Assembly (NCBI GenBank): GCA_964468965.1
Contig: CAYXXA010000005.1
Location: forward strand, 1-39,785
DNA from: an uncultured Candidatus Peribacteria bacterium
GTDB lineage: Bacteria > Patescibacteriota > Gracilibacteria > UBA4473
DNA: 39,785 nucleotides
Direction of reading: 5' to 3'
Part shown: one piece after another, positions 27,714 through 36,458 of the stretch
Layout: each line of letters opens with the position of its first letter
Numbering within the stretch: the first letter of the stretch is position 1
The notes under the pieces: generated by a model
Seen by the model: the letters and a program-made list of their open reading frames with translations, nothing else
What the model was told of the DNA's origin: nothing
Databases searched by the model: none
Translations under genes and position numbers: made by a program

Positions 27714-28053
27714 AGTCTTTCAGGTTAGATCTGATCAAGTTTAAAGTCCTTGATTCCAAGACTTAAAATATTAAATCTTTTAATTATAGCATGTTTTGCA
27801 TTGTTTTTCCAGCTATCAAATCCTCTTCCCCCTATCTACCAAGTAAAATAGTATACAAAAAGTGATCATGTGCAATTTTTTTATACATAACAGGCTTGTA
27901 TTCTTCTGAACCAGAATTTCAAGGCCAAAAAGCAAAGGATTTCATATTTGAAAAATCAGTTTATCGACTATCTAAGCACCGACATGATAGATTCTTTCTT
28001 TCATTTCCTCTCATATTTTAACCTCGTTCAGAATAAAATCATGCTAATAAGGA

Positions 28054-28950
28054 TTAGGCTTCTTGAGCAAAACCCATCCTTGGCTGTAAATTTCCATACT
28101 TCATCTCTCCTAGCCCTAGAAATCGACCATCGGACAAAACCATAAACTTATCTTTAATTTCACTTTCAAAGGGAAAAGCTCGACCTTGTAAGAAATCAGC
28201 AATTCGTCCTGCCTCAATTTCCACCTGAGGAAGTTTTAAAAGTTTTTCTGGTGAAATCAAATTTTCAGCGGTAACCGAGTCAAGGTTTTTAACGATTTCC
28301 AACCCATTCGTCATTCGTAATTCGTTATTCGTCATTTTCACCGCTCCAACCCCTATCCTCCTCAACTGTTGACAAATCCCTCCCCCCAATCCTAACGCTT
28401 CCCCCAAATCTCGTGCAAAACTTCGTACATAAAACCCCGCCGCTACCTCCAATCGGATTCTAACTACAGGAAACTTAAGTGATAAAACTTCTACTTTAAT
28501 AACCTCCGTCTGTCGAGGTTGAATTTCAAATGCTTCCCCCTTTCTCGCCATATCACACATCTTTTTTCCTCCAATTTTCAAGGCTGAATATTTTGGTGGA
28601 ATCTGCTCAATCTTACCCGTAAATCTTTCTTTTAACACGGCTTCAATATCCTTCTTTTTCACTTCGACACTCGGTATTTGACACTCGGAAATTTCCGACT
28701 CCGTATCTAATGTTTCTGATGTATGCCCCAATAAAATTTCTGTCTCATAGATTTTTTTGTCTTTTTCAAAAAAAGGAATCAGCTTCGTTGCTTTCCCTAC
28801 CGCTACTATTAAAAGTCCTGTCGCAAAAGGATCAAGCGTTCCCGTATGTCCGATTTTTTTTGTTTTCAACTGTTTTCTCAACTTCGCACACACATCAAAA
28901 CTCGTCCACCCAACAGGCTTATCAATAAGAAGAAATCCAAAATTTTTCAT
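28054..28950 (-). CDS. truB: tRNA pseudouridine(55) synthase
   Basis: DKPVGWTSFDV, KIGHTGTLDPFATGLL, QIPPKYSALK, GFYVRSFARDLG. Confidence 0.96.
   Translation of the reverse strand: MKNFGFLLIDKPVGWTSFDVCAKLRKQLKTKKIGHTGTLDPFATGLLIVAVGKATKLIPFFEKDKKIYETEILLGHTSETLDTESEISECQIPSVEVKKKDIEAVLKERFTGKIEQIPPKYSALKIGGKKMCDMARKGEAFEIQPRQTEVIKVEVLSLKFPVVRIRLEVAAGFYVRSFARDLGEALGLGGGICQQLRRIGVGAVKMTNNELRMTNGLEIVKNLDSVTAENLISPEKLLKLPQVEIEAGRIADFLQGRAFPFESEIKDKFMVLSDGRFLGLGEMKYGNLQPRMGFAQEA
28305..28332. repeat. Heptamer tandem repeat (NATTCGT x4) inside truB
   Basis: CATTCGT CATTCGT AATTCGT TATTCGT; encodes part of MTNNELRMTN. Confidence 0.85.
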
Positions 28951-28984
28951 TAGAGAAATGGGATAAATAACGTATAGAAACAGT

Positions 28985-29012
28985 ACAAAATATAACCGCC
29001 ATTATGTTAAGA
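28985..29012 (+). other. dif-like XerC/XerD site candidate
   Basis: ACAAAATATAA-CCGCCA-TTATGTTAAGA; right arm is 9/11 identical to the XerD arm TTATGTTAAAT; intergenic. Confidence 0.35.
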
Positions 29013-29067
29013 AGAAAAAAATAGATAACAATCTTTTATAAATTCAAAAAAGCTCTTTCGCTTTCCC

Positions 29068-29970
29068 CTAAATCGTCATACTTCCCCACCCAAGTTTATT
29101 TCTCAATGTTTTAAAGTAATGCGCTTCTCGCATTCGGATAAAATTAGCTCGTCGAGTCGCTGTCTGAATCGACACTTCATCGGTCGATTTGAGTGAAAAA
29201 TGAATCTGTCCGTCAACCGTCATGGAAATAGAATCCACTCGTGAATCAAACCCCATATGAATAATTCGTTTTCCGGGTAAAACAATAGGACGATGCGTAA
29301 GTGTATGCGGTGCCACTGGCGTGATAAGTATCGCTGAAAGAGACGGTTCGACAATCGGCCCACCAGCACTCATAGAATACGCGGTTGATCCGGTTGGGGT
29401 TGAAAAAATAAGCCCGTCACTTCGATACGTCGAAAGCAATCGTCGTCCAACTTTTACATTAAAATTGGTGAGCCGTGCCAACCCTCCATGCCCAAAAACT
29501 ACTTCATTCAATGCATAAGCACGAAAGATTCGTTCACGTTTTCCTCTACTATTTTTCCGATAGATAAAAACTTTAACAAGACTTCGTGTATCTAAGTGAT
29601 ACTCACCTTTAAATATTTTTTTCAGTTCTTTGATCGCATTGTCTGGACGAAGCTCAGACAAAAAACCAAGAGTTCCAAAATTGATACCTAAAAATAAACC
29701 ATCCTTTTTCTGTAAGGTTCTCATCATTTTGAGCAGTGTTCCGTCACCGCCTAAACCAATTTTGAGATCATATTTTTTCTCGTCATTGATCAGTGGAATC
29801 GTATTCTTGAGCATCGAAACCGTCCGAATATCACCCGCAATATGCTTAACCCCTTTTGAGTGAAAAAATCGAAGCATTTCACGAATAAAACGAACCTCTT
29901 CTTTTTCTTTTTGTGGTTTATTGTGACAATAAATCGCCACCGAGCGAAACTTTTTCAACTGATTCCCCAT
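29068..29970 (-). CDS. nadK: NAD(+) kinase
   Basis: GGDGTLL, GINFGTLGFL, ALNEV, DGLIFSTPTGSTAYSMSAGGP, DG, KLGWG. Confidence 0.96.
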   Translation of the reverse strand: MGNQLKKFRSVAIYCHNKPQKEKEEVRFIREMLRFFHSKGVKHIAGDIRTVSMLKNTIPLINDEKKYDLKIGLGGDGTLLKMMRTLQKKDGLFLGINFGTLGFLSELRPDNAIKELKKIFKGEYHLDTRSLVKVFIYRKNSRGKRERIFRAYALNEVVFGHGGLARLTNFNVKVGRRLLSTYRSDGLIFSTPTGSTAYSMSAGGPIVEPSLSAILITPVAPHTLTHRPIVLPGKRIIHMGFDSRVDSISMTVDGQIHFSLKSTDEVSIQTATRRANFIRMREAHYFKTLRNKLGWGSMTI

Positions 29971-30021
29971 CACTTTGATTGTGGAGAAAATACCAAATCC
30001 GTCAATTAAATAGCCCTATAA

Positions 30022-31197
30022 TCACGAATCCATAATATGAGGATTCTTTTTGAGAATAATCCTAAAAATAAACGGAAAAATAACCGTTGTCGCAATCGCC
30101 ATAAAAACAATCGCGGAATACAAATCTTTTGAGATAATCCCTGCCGACAACGCAATATGGGCAATCACCAGTTCCATCACGCCACGAGAATTCATCCCCC
30201 ATCCAATGAGATGTAACTGCTGCCACGAAAGATCGGTAAAAGGCTTAACCAAAAACGTCCCCAATAATTTCCCAACAATGGCGGTTACCAAAACAATAAT
30301 CGTTAATATCGGTGCGTTTAAAAAAACATGATAATCAAAACTCAGACCAATGTTAACAAAGAAAAAAGGAACAATAAACGCAAAAATAAAAAGACGTAGA
30401 TTTCGAGATTCTATTTCTCGATTTTCTTCTTTAAAAAATGATTTCTGCAAAATAATCCCCGCAATAAAAGCACCTAACAGTGACCCCAACCCTACAAATT
30501 CTGAGAAAATAGAAATCGCAAGTCCGATAATAATCATCGCACTCAAGAGGGGAATCTGTCCCTCATTTTTTTGAATTTTCTGAATCAACTGGGGAATGAA
30601 AATAAAAGAAAGAAGTAAAAATAAAATAAATAAAACCATCCTTATTCCAAAAGTAGCGAGTCCAACCTCCCCCATAGATTGATGAGCAAAAAACAAAATC
30701 ACACTCAAAAATATAATCTCAAAGACATCATCAAAAATACCAGCTCCCAAAATAATGCTCGCCAACTTGGTCTTCATTTTCTTCATTTCGAGGAGTAATG
30801 CCACCGTTGTCCCCTCAGCCGTAACGGACAAACACGCACCTAAAACCACCGATCCCTTCCACGACATCCCCAAAAAATATCCCAAAACAAGTCCAATCAC
30901 AAAAGGAACAACCGCAGCCGACATCGCTATCAAAAAGGCTGTTTTTTTATTTTTTTTCAGCTCATTAAGATTGAGTTCAAATCCTGTCAGTAGGAGTAAA
31001 AAAATGACCCCCAACCCCGAAAAAGTATCAATAACCGTTAGGCTTTCTCCCGTAAATAAGTGACTTAATAAAGGAATTGTCAACAATAAACTAATCGTTA
31101 ATTGCCCGATTACTCGTGGATAGTGAAACTTTCGTCCGATTTCTGCACCGATAAAAGTTAATAACAACGCAATTGTAATACTCGAAAGTGTATCCAT
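30022..31197 (-). CDS. Cation:proton antiporter (CPA2/NapA-like)
   Basis: About 12 TMs, LGVIFLLLLTGFE, SVTA, GAGIFDD, GAFIAG, PFFFVNIG, GMNSRG; TGA stop. Confidence 0.92.
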   Translation of the reverse strand: MDTLSSITIALLLTFIGAEIGRKFHYPRVIGQLTISLLLTIPLLSHLFTGESLTVIDTFSGLGVIFLLLLTGFELNLNELKKNKKTAFLIAMSAAVVPFVIGLVLGYFLGMSWKGSVVLGACLSVTAEGTTVALLLEMKKMKTKLASIILGAGIFDDVFEIIFLSVILFFAHQSMGEVGLATFGIRMVLFILFLLLSFIFIPQLIQKIQKNEGQIPLLSAMIIIGLAISIFSEFVGLGSLLGAFIAGIILQKSFFKEENREIESRNLRLFIFAFIVPFFFVNIGLSFDYHVFLNAPILTIIVLVTAIVGKLLGTFLVKPFTDLSWQQLHLIGWGMNSRGVMELVIAHIALSAGIISKDLYSAIVFMAIATTVIFPFIFRIILKKNPHIMDS

Positions 31198-31241
31198 TAT
31201 ATTCGTCTTAGAATCCGATTATTATAGCACAAATAGAGATC

Positions 31242-32228
31242 TTATTCAACCTCCCCATTAACCTTTGTGTTCCTCCGAACCAGTTTACAATTCAGATCTA
31301 CTCCTTCAAAATGACAATCCTCATCAATAACCGTGTTGGAAATACGACAGTTGATAAGTTTTGTCCCAGGATAAATAATAGAATCTACAATAACCGAATT
31401 TTCAACCAAAGCCCCTTCCCCGATATAGATACTCCCGACTAACTCAGAATTTCTTACACGACCTCTAATAACAGGTTCTTTTGATTTTTGAAGTACCTTA
31501 TGCGCTGACAGATAAGTCTCAAAACTTCCCACATCGAACCACTCCCCCCCAACTGAAATGGCTAAAACTTCTTTCCCAGCTTCTAATAGTGTCGGGAAAA
31601 TACCGCCAAGCGCATCTGGTTCTTTTTTTGAAAAATCCTGAAGAATTGGCAGCAGTTCTCGCCCAAAGCTCATAAATCCAGTGGAAACCAATGTTGATTT
31701 TGGCTTCGCTGGCTTCTCTTCGAAATCCACAATTCGCTGTTCCTTTGGCTTTGAATTTAACTCTTTAAACTCAGAACTTTTGATTCCCACCACCCCAAAC
31801 TTTCTAGCTTCATACAAGTCCTCAACATCTCTTACGGCTAATTTTGCATTATCAGGACGACACACCAAGGCAGAGAATTTTAAATCTGGCAAAAGGTTAT
31901 CCCCTGCCAACACCATAATATCTTCCCGTATAGTATAATGATCAATTGCCGCTGAAATAGCCCCAAGAGCCCCTAATTTTTCTCCGTCAGAAACCGCATC
32001 CTCAAGAAAAATTTCCACATTTCTCCGTCCCAATCGCTGTAATTCTAAAATAAAATCAGACCTAAACCGTTGGTTCGTTAGTAATATTATCTCAATATCC
32101 TGTGGTATTTTCTCTAAAATATGAGCCAATATCGTCTTTCCATTCAAGAGTAAAAGTGGCTTAGCACGACGCTCTGTCAACGGCCAAAGTCGCGTCGCAA
32201 ATCCACCAGCAAGAATTAGTACTTTCAT
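31242..32228 (-). CDS. Sugar-phosphate nucleotidyltransferase with C-terminal beta-helix
   Basis: LILAGGFATRLWPLT..AKPLL, AGDNL, FEEKP, WFDVGS, hexapeptide-like tail. Confidence 0.9.
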   Translation of the reverse strand: MKVLILAGGFATRLWPLTERRAKPLLLLNGKTILAHILEKIPQDIEIILLTNQRFRSDFILELQRLGRRNVEIFLEDAVSDGEKLGALGAISAAIDHYTIREDIMVLAGDNLLPDLKFSALVCRPDNAKLAVRDVEDLYEARKFGVVGIKSSEFKELNSKPKEQRIVDFEEKPAKPKSTLVSTGFMSFGRELLPILQDFSKKEPDALGGIFPTLLEAGKEVLAISVGGEWFDVGSFETYLSAHKVLQKSKEPVIRGRVRNSELVGSIYIGEGALVENSVIVDSIIYPGTKLINCRISNTVIDEDCHFEGVDLNCKLVRRNTKVNGEVE

Positions 32229-32304
32229 TTTTTTGGTTCTAGGTTTTGAGTTTCAGATGCCAAGATCATACCACTTATAAGCTTACCTTTTTTAGTAAAT
32301 AAAA

Positions 32305-32325
32305 AAACTTTAAACTTCAAACTCA
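32305..32325. repeat. Heptamer repeat (AAACTTN-like x3)
   Basis: AAACTTT AAACTTC AAACTCA. Confidence 0.5.
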
Positions 32326-32696
32326 AAAAAATTAAGTCATTTTCTGGGTATTTGGCAAAAGGACGTAAGAAGCACTTAATTATTTCGCGAAACTTCTTCT
32401 CCGAAATTTAAGAACCATAGTCCTATTTATTTTTCATTTCACTGATTAGCTTAACTGATTTTTGTTTCCTATTAAATTATCTTGAATCTTATCCTTCATA
32501 CCCTAACCATCCTAAGTATTTACGTCTAACCATATCTCTAGAGAAACGAAAAGATGGATTACACTTCCTATTAAAATCAATAAGTTTATTTGAATTTTTA
32601 TCTAGAAAATACTGAGCAATGAATAATCTTAATCATAATATTCCAAGCATAAAAACATCCAATCCTTCATTTCTCCTAAAATAGAAGTTTTTTGTT

Positions 32697-32724
32697 TTGA
32701 CATATCATCAATTGCTTCTAAAAT
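32697..32724 (+). promoter_or_regulatory. Sigma70-type promoter of V-ATPase subunit B gene
   Basis: TTGACA-N16-TAAAAT, 25 nt upstream of ATG 32750. Confidence 0.7.
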
Positions 32725-32749
32725 CTCGTCGAATTTTTAACCCGAAAAG

Positions 32750-34129
32750 ATGCAAAAAGCGTATCAAAATATCGAATCCATTGCCGGACCAATCCTTGTC
32801 GTAGAAGGCGTTGAAGGCGTAAAATACGAAGAACTTGTCGAAGTAAAAACCCAAGACGGTTCTGTTAAGATGGGGAAAGTACTTACCATTGACGGATCAC
32901 GAGCCCTTGTTCAGATGTTTGAATCGACACAAGGACTTTCTACTTCAGGACTAGAAGCTAAGTTCCTTGGGAAGATCGCAACTCTTGGGGTATCACCTGA
33001 TATGCTTGGACGAGTTTTCAATGGAGCTGGAAAACCACTTGATGGTGGAGCTGAAATTTTACCAGAAAAAGAAATCGATATTTCTGGGCAAGCCATCAAT
33101 CCCTACTCACGAAACTTCCCTTCTGATTTCATTCAGACTGGAATTTCAACAATTGATGTGATGAACACACTCGTTCGAGGTCAGAAGCTTCCTGTGTTTT
33201 CAGGATCAGGACTCCCTCATGCTGAACTCGCAACACAAATCGCTCGGCAAGCCAAAGTGAATGACGGATCAGAATTTGCCGTTGTCTTTGGCGCAATGGG
33301 AGTAACTTTTGAAGAAGCGATGTTCTTCCAAAAAGAATTTGAACGAACCGGAGCGATCGAAAACGCAACACTCTTTATCAATACCGCAGCCGATCCAGTA
33401 GTGGAACGAATTGCCGTACCACGAATGGCACTTTCTTTTGCGGAATACCTAGCTTTCGAAAAAGATAAACACGTTTTGGTTATCCTTACCGATATGACCA
33501 ACTACGCTGAAGCCCTACGAGAAGTATCCGCTTCACGAAAAGAAGTTCCTGGTCGACGAGGTTACCCTGGATACCTCTATACCGATCTTGCGACTATCTA
33601 TGAACGAGCTGGACGAATCAAAGGACGAGATGGATCGGTAACACAAGTACCAATTCTTTCGATGCCAGAAGACGATATTACACACCCAATCCCAGATCTA
33701 ACAGGATATATTACAGAAGGACAGTTTGTACTGGACAGAGGTCTTCATCAAAAACAAATTGCCCCTCCCGTTGACGTACTAAAATCTCTTTCTCGACTTG
33801 CTGGTGCGGGTATGGGAGAAGGAAAAACGCGAGAAGACCACAGTAAGCTCAAAGATCAACTCTTTGCCTGCTATGCTCGAGGAAAAGATGTACGAGAACT
33901 AGCTGTTGTGCTTGGAGAAAGCTCGCTTTCTGATGTTGATAAAATCTACCTTGCCTTTGCGGATAAATTTGAAAAAGAATTTGTAGGACAAGGCTTTGAT
34001 AAAAATCGAGACATTATCGAGTCACTTGAACTTGGATGGGAATTACTACGACCATTCCCAATAACAGAACTAAAACGAATCAATCAAAAAACTATTGATA
34101 AATTCCACCCTGATCACAAAAAATCATAA
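32750..34129 (+). CDS. atpB: V/A-type ATP synthase subunit B (stand-alone)
   Basis: [94 protein letters not shown]; no Walker A, as expected for V/A subunit B (NtpB). Confidence 0.96.
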   Translation: MQKAYQNIESIAGPILVVEGVEGVKYEELVEVKTQDGSVKMGKVLTIDGSRALVQMFESTQGLSTSGLEAKFLGKIATLGVSPDMLGRVFNGAGKPLDGGAEILPEKEIDISGQAINPYSRNFPSDFIQTGISTIDVMNTLVRGQKLPVFSGSGLPHAELATQIARQAKVNDGSEFAVVFGAMGVTFEEAMFFQKEFERTGAIENATLFINTAADPVVERIAVPRMALSFAEYLAFEKDKHVLVILTDMTNYAEALREVSASRKEVPGRRGYPGYLYTDLATIYERAGRIKGRDGSVTQVPILSMPEDDITHPIPDLTGYITEGQFVLDRGLHQKQIAPPVDVLKSLSRLAGAGMGEGKTREDHSKLKDQLFACYARGKDVRELAVVLGESSLSDVDKIYLAFADKFEKEFVGQGFDKNRDIIESLELGWELLRPFPITELKRINQKTIDKFHPDHKKS

Positions 34130-34143
34130 GTAAAAAATAAAAT

Positions 34144-34179
34144 AAAAAAAAGACACCCAGATGGGGTGTCTTTTTTTTT
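34144..34179. terminator. Bidirectional intrinsic terminator (atpB / glnA)
   Basis: AAAAAAAAGACACCC-AGATG-GGGTGTCTTTTTTTTT. Confidence 0.9.
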
Positions 34180-34189
34180 ATGAGTTTCT

Positions 34190-35521
34190 TTATTTCAAGT
34201 AATGTAGTTTCATCGAGTGTGTATTTGCATATGGCTGACAACTATCGATTTCTGTCAAAAGTATTTCTCCAAACGATTCATGTATAAATTCACCAAGCTT
34301 CGACTTTAAAATCTCGTTTTTATCAAATTCACGATAGGCCTCCCAAAGATTTCGAGGAAGAAGCGTATAACCTTTCGCTTCAACTTCCTTAAGAGAAAGA
34401 GCAAAGAGATTTTCATCACAAAATCCCGTAAACTTGGTTAATTTTTCAATACCAGATAATCCCGTAGCTATAAAGCCCGCAGCAAGAAGATATGGATTAG
34501 CCATAGGATCAGGGAAACGAAACTCTGTCCGAATAGCTACTTTCCGCGTAGCCTCATCCGCAATAGCGGGAATACGACAAGCCGCACTTCGATTACGATC
34601 ACCAATAGCAACAATACAGGGTGCTTCATAACCAGGAACAAGTCGAGAAAATGAAACCTCCGTTGGATTTGCAATAGCGGATAGACCACGAACGTTTTCT
34701 AAAATCCCAGCTAAAAAGTGACGAGCTGTTTCTGAAAAATATCGTTGATCTTTTGCCGAAGCATCATAATACAAATTTGCAGAATCATTCGCCACCGATA
34801 AATGACAGTGCATCCCTGAACCATTCCGTTCGGCATAAGGTTTCGGAAGGAACGTAACATCGTAACCAAAATTTCGAGCAACTTTATGAGCCACAATTTT
34901 ATAAATTTGTATCTGATCAGCTGTTCTTTCCGCTTTATCATAACGCCAATTTACTTCAAATTGATCCTCTCCAACTTCTGTATGAGCTCGCTCAATTTCA
35001 AAGCCCATTTCTCCAAGTACATTTCCAATCTCAGCAATAATCATAGATTTAGGATCTTTCGGATTAAAGTAATTAGTATTTACACCATTCACAACTCCAA
35101 CATTTTCACGTTTTTCTAGAAAATAAGCCTCTGGTTCGGCACCCATATAAAGATTTCCTCCGTCCCATGCTTCTGCTAACTTTGATTGAAGTTCAACGAG
35201 CTTACTCCGCGCACAATTTGAATGAGGTTTTCCATCAACATCGTAAATATCACAAATAATCCAATACTCGTCCTTATCTGTATCCGCTATCGACGTTGGC
35301 ACTCGAACTAAGGACTCTTCAACTCCATGCAAGATGGAATCAGAAGCATTAATGGCATTAATTCCCTGAAAACTTGAACCATCATAGGCTATCCCAGACC
35401 CTAAAACTTCCTTTAGTGCCGAAATCGGAAAAATAATCTCCTTAAATCCACCAGCTAAATCTGTTACTAACGTTTTTAAGATAGCATCTTCTTGCGTAAT
35501 CGCATCTACCGAAATTTCCAT
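34190..35521 (-). CDS. glnA: Glutamine synthetase type I
   Basis: YDGSS, GAEPEAY, HTEVGEDQFE, FLPKP...NGSGMHCHLS, RLVPGYEAP, NRSAACRIP, RTEFRFPDP.ANPYL. Confidence 0.93.
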   Translation of the reverse strand: MEISVDAITQEDAILKTLVTDLAGGFKEIIFPISALKEVLGSGIAYDGSSFQGINAINASDSILHGVEESLVRVPTSIADTDKDEYWIICDIYDVDGKPHSNCARSKLVELQSKLAEAWDGGNLYMGAEPEAYFLEKRENVGVVNGVNTNYFNPKDPKSMIIAEIGNVLGEMGFEIERAHTEVGEDQFEVNWRYDKAERTADQIQIYKIVAHKVARNFGYDVTFLPKPYAERNGSGMHCHLSVANDSANLYYDASAKDQRYFSETARHFLAGILENVRGLSAIANPTEVSFSRLVPGYEAPCIVAIGDRNRSAACRIPAIADEATRKVAIRTEFRFPDPMANPYLLAAGFIATGLSGIEKLTKFTGFCDENLFALSLKEVEAKGYTLLPRNLWEAYREFDKNEILKSKLGEFIHESFGEILLTEIDSCQPYANTHSMKLHYLK

Positions 35522-35610
35522 TTTTGAATAAGGGTTAAAAAATTAAGAACAGATTAATTATTGTGCAGCAGAACCGCTAAGTCAATTATACAATAAAGCT
35601 AACTCTATAC

Positions 35611-35694
35611 TGTAGAAAAAAATTACAACAATTTTAATTGAAAAATAAAAACAAAAGTATTCAATAGTCGGTGAATATGTTTCATAATATTACA
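35611..35694. promoter_or_regulatory. Two TGT-N11-ACA operator-like boxes (35611-35627, 35678-35694)
   Basis: TGTAGAAAAAAATTACA and TGTTTCATAATATTACA, both followed by AC, in the divergent glnA/regulator spacer. Confidence 0.5.
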
Positions 35695-35704
35695 ACTTGT
35701 AAAA

Positions 35705-36436
35705 ATGAAAAAAGATGTTATTATAAGTAATTTGGTAGGTTTTGGATACACTGCCACTGAAGCACGAATCTACCTAACGGCACTTGAATGTGGTACAGCT
35801 CCTGCTTCACAAATTGCGGAACACCTCAATCTCAATAGAGTTACAACCTATGGAACTTGTCAAAAACTTGTTAAAAAAGGACTTCTTTACAACTCTAAGA
35901 TAAAGGACACCAAACACTTTACCGCTATTGAACCTGAACTGTTTTTTGAAGAACAACGCCAAAAAATAAATATACTGGCCTCTTCCATCCCTTTTCTAAA
36001 AGAATTATCAACACAACATACTATTCGCCCAAAAGTACAACTTTTCGAAGGGATAGACGAACTCAAAAAGGCTTATAAAAAAACACTCTCCGCCAAAACT
36101 GAAATTTTAAATTATGCTAACTCTCGAAATATTCGAGATCACTGGCCAAACTACGATAAGGAATATGTTCGTCAACGAGCTAAACGAAAAATATTTCTTC
36201 GCGGTATCGCTCCAGATGACCACGCTGGACGAATGGTACAAAAATCCGACAAAGATTTTTATCGAGAAACTCGTCTATTCCCCAAAGATCTTTTCCGTGT
36301 TGAGAATGAAATTAATATCTTTGATGATAAGATTCTTATTGCCTCATTTGAACCTCGAAGTTTCGTAATCTTAATACAATCCTCTACCGTTGCAGAAACA
36401 CAACGGCAAATCTTCAACCTTGCGTGGCATCAATGA
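35705..36436 (+). CDS. TrmB-family transcriptional regulator (wHTH + PLD-like effector domain)
   Basis: GYTATEARIYLTALE.G...ASQIA..LNLNRVTTY...LVKKGL, FEG, EINIFDDKI, F..AW; TGA stop. Confidence 0.88.
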   Translation: MKKDVIISNLVGFGYTATEARIYLTALECGTAPASQIAEHLNLNRVTTYGTCQKLVKKGLLYNSKIKDTKHFTAIEPELFFEEQRQKINILASSIPFLKELSTQHTIRPKVQLFEGIDELKKAYKKTLSAKTEILNYANSRNIRDHWPNYDKEYVRQRAKRKIFLRGIAPDDHAGRMVQKSDKDFYRETRLFPKDLFRVENEINIFDDKILIASFEPRSFVILIQSSTVAETQRQIFNLAWHQ

Positions 36437-36458
36437 GCTAGTCAAAATAAAAAACCTC

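Noticed and set aside
24960-28053. Genomic island integrated at tRNA-Leu
   Set aside because: No integrase and no duplicated tRNA 3' end was seen; the adjacent gene is housekeeping trhP.
32229-32749. CRISPR array or hidden gene in the 520-bp spacer
   Set aside because: No 25-40 bp repeats with spacers and no credible ORF; a divergent promoter region with short heptamer runs explains it.
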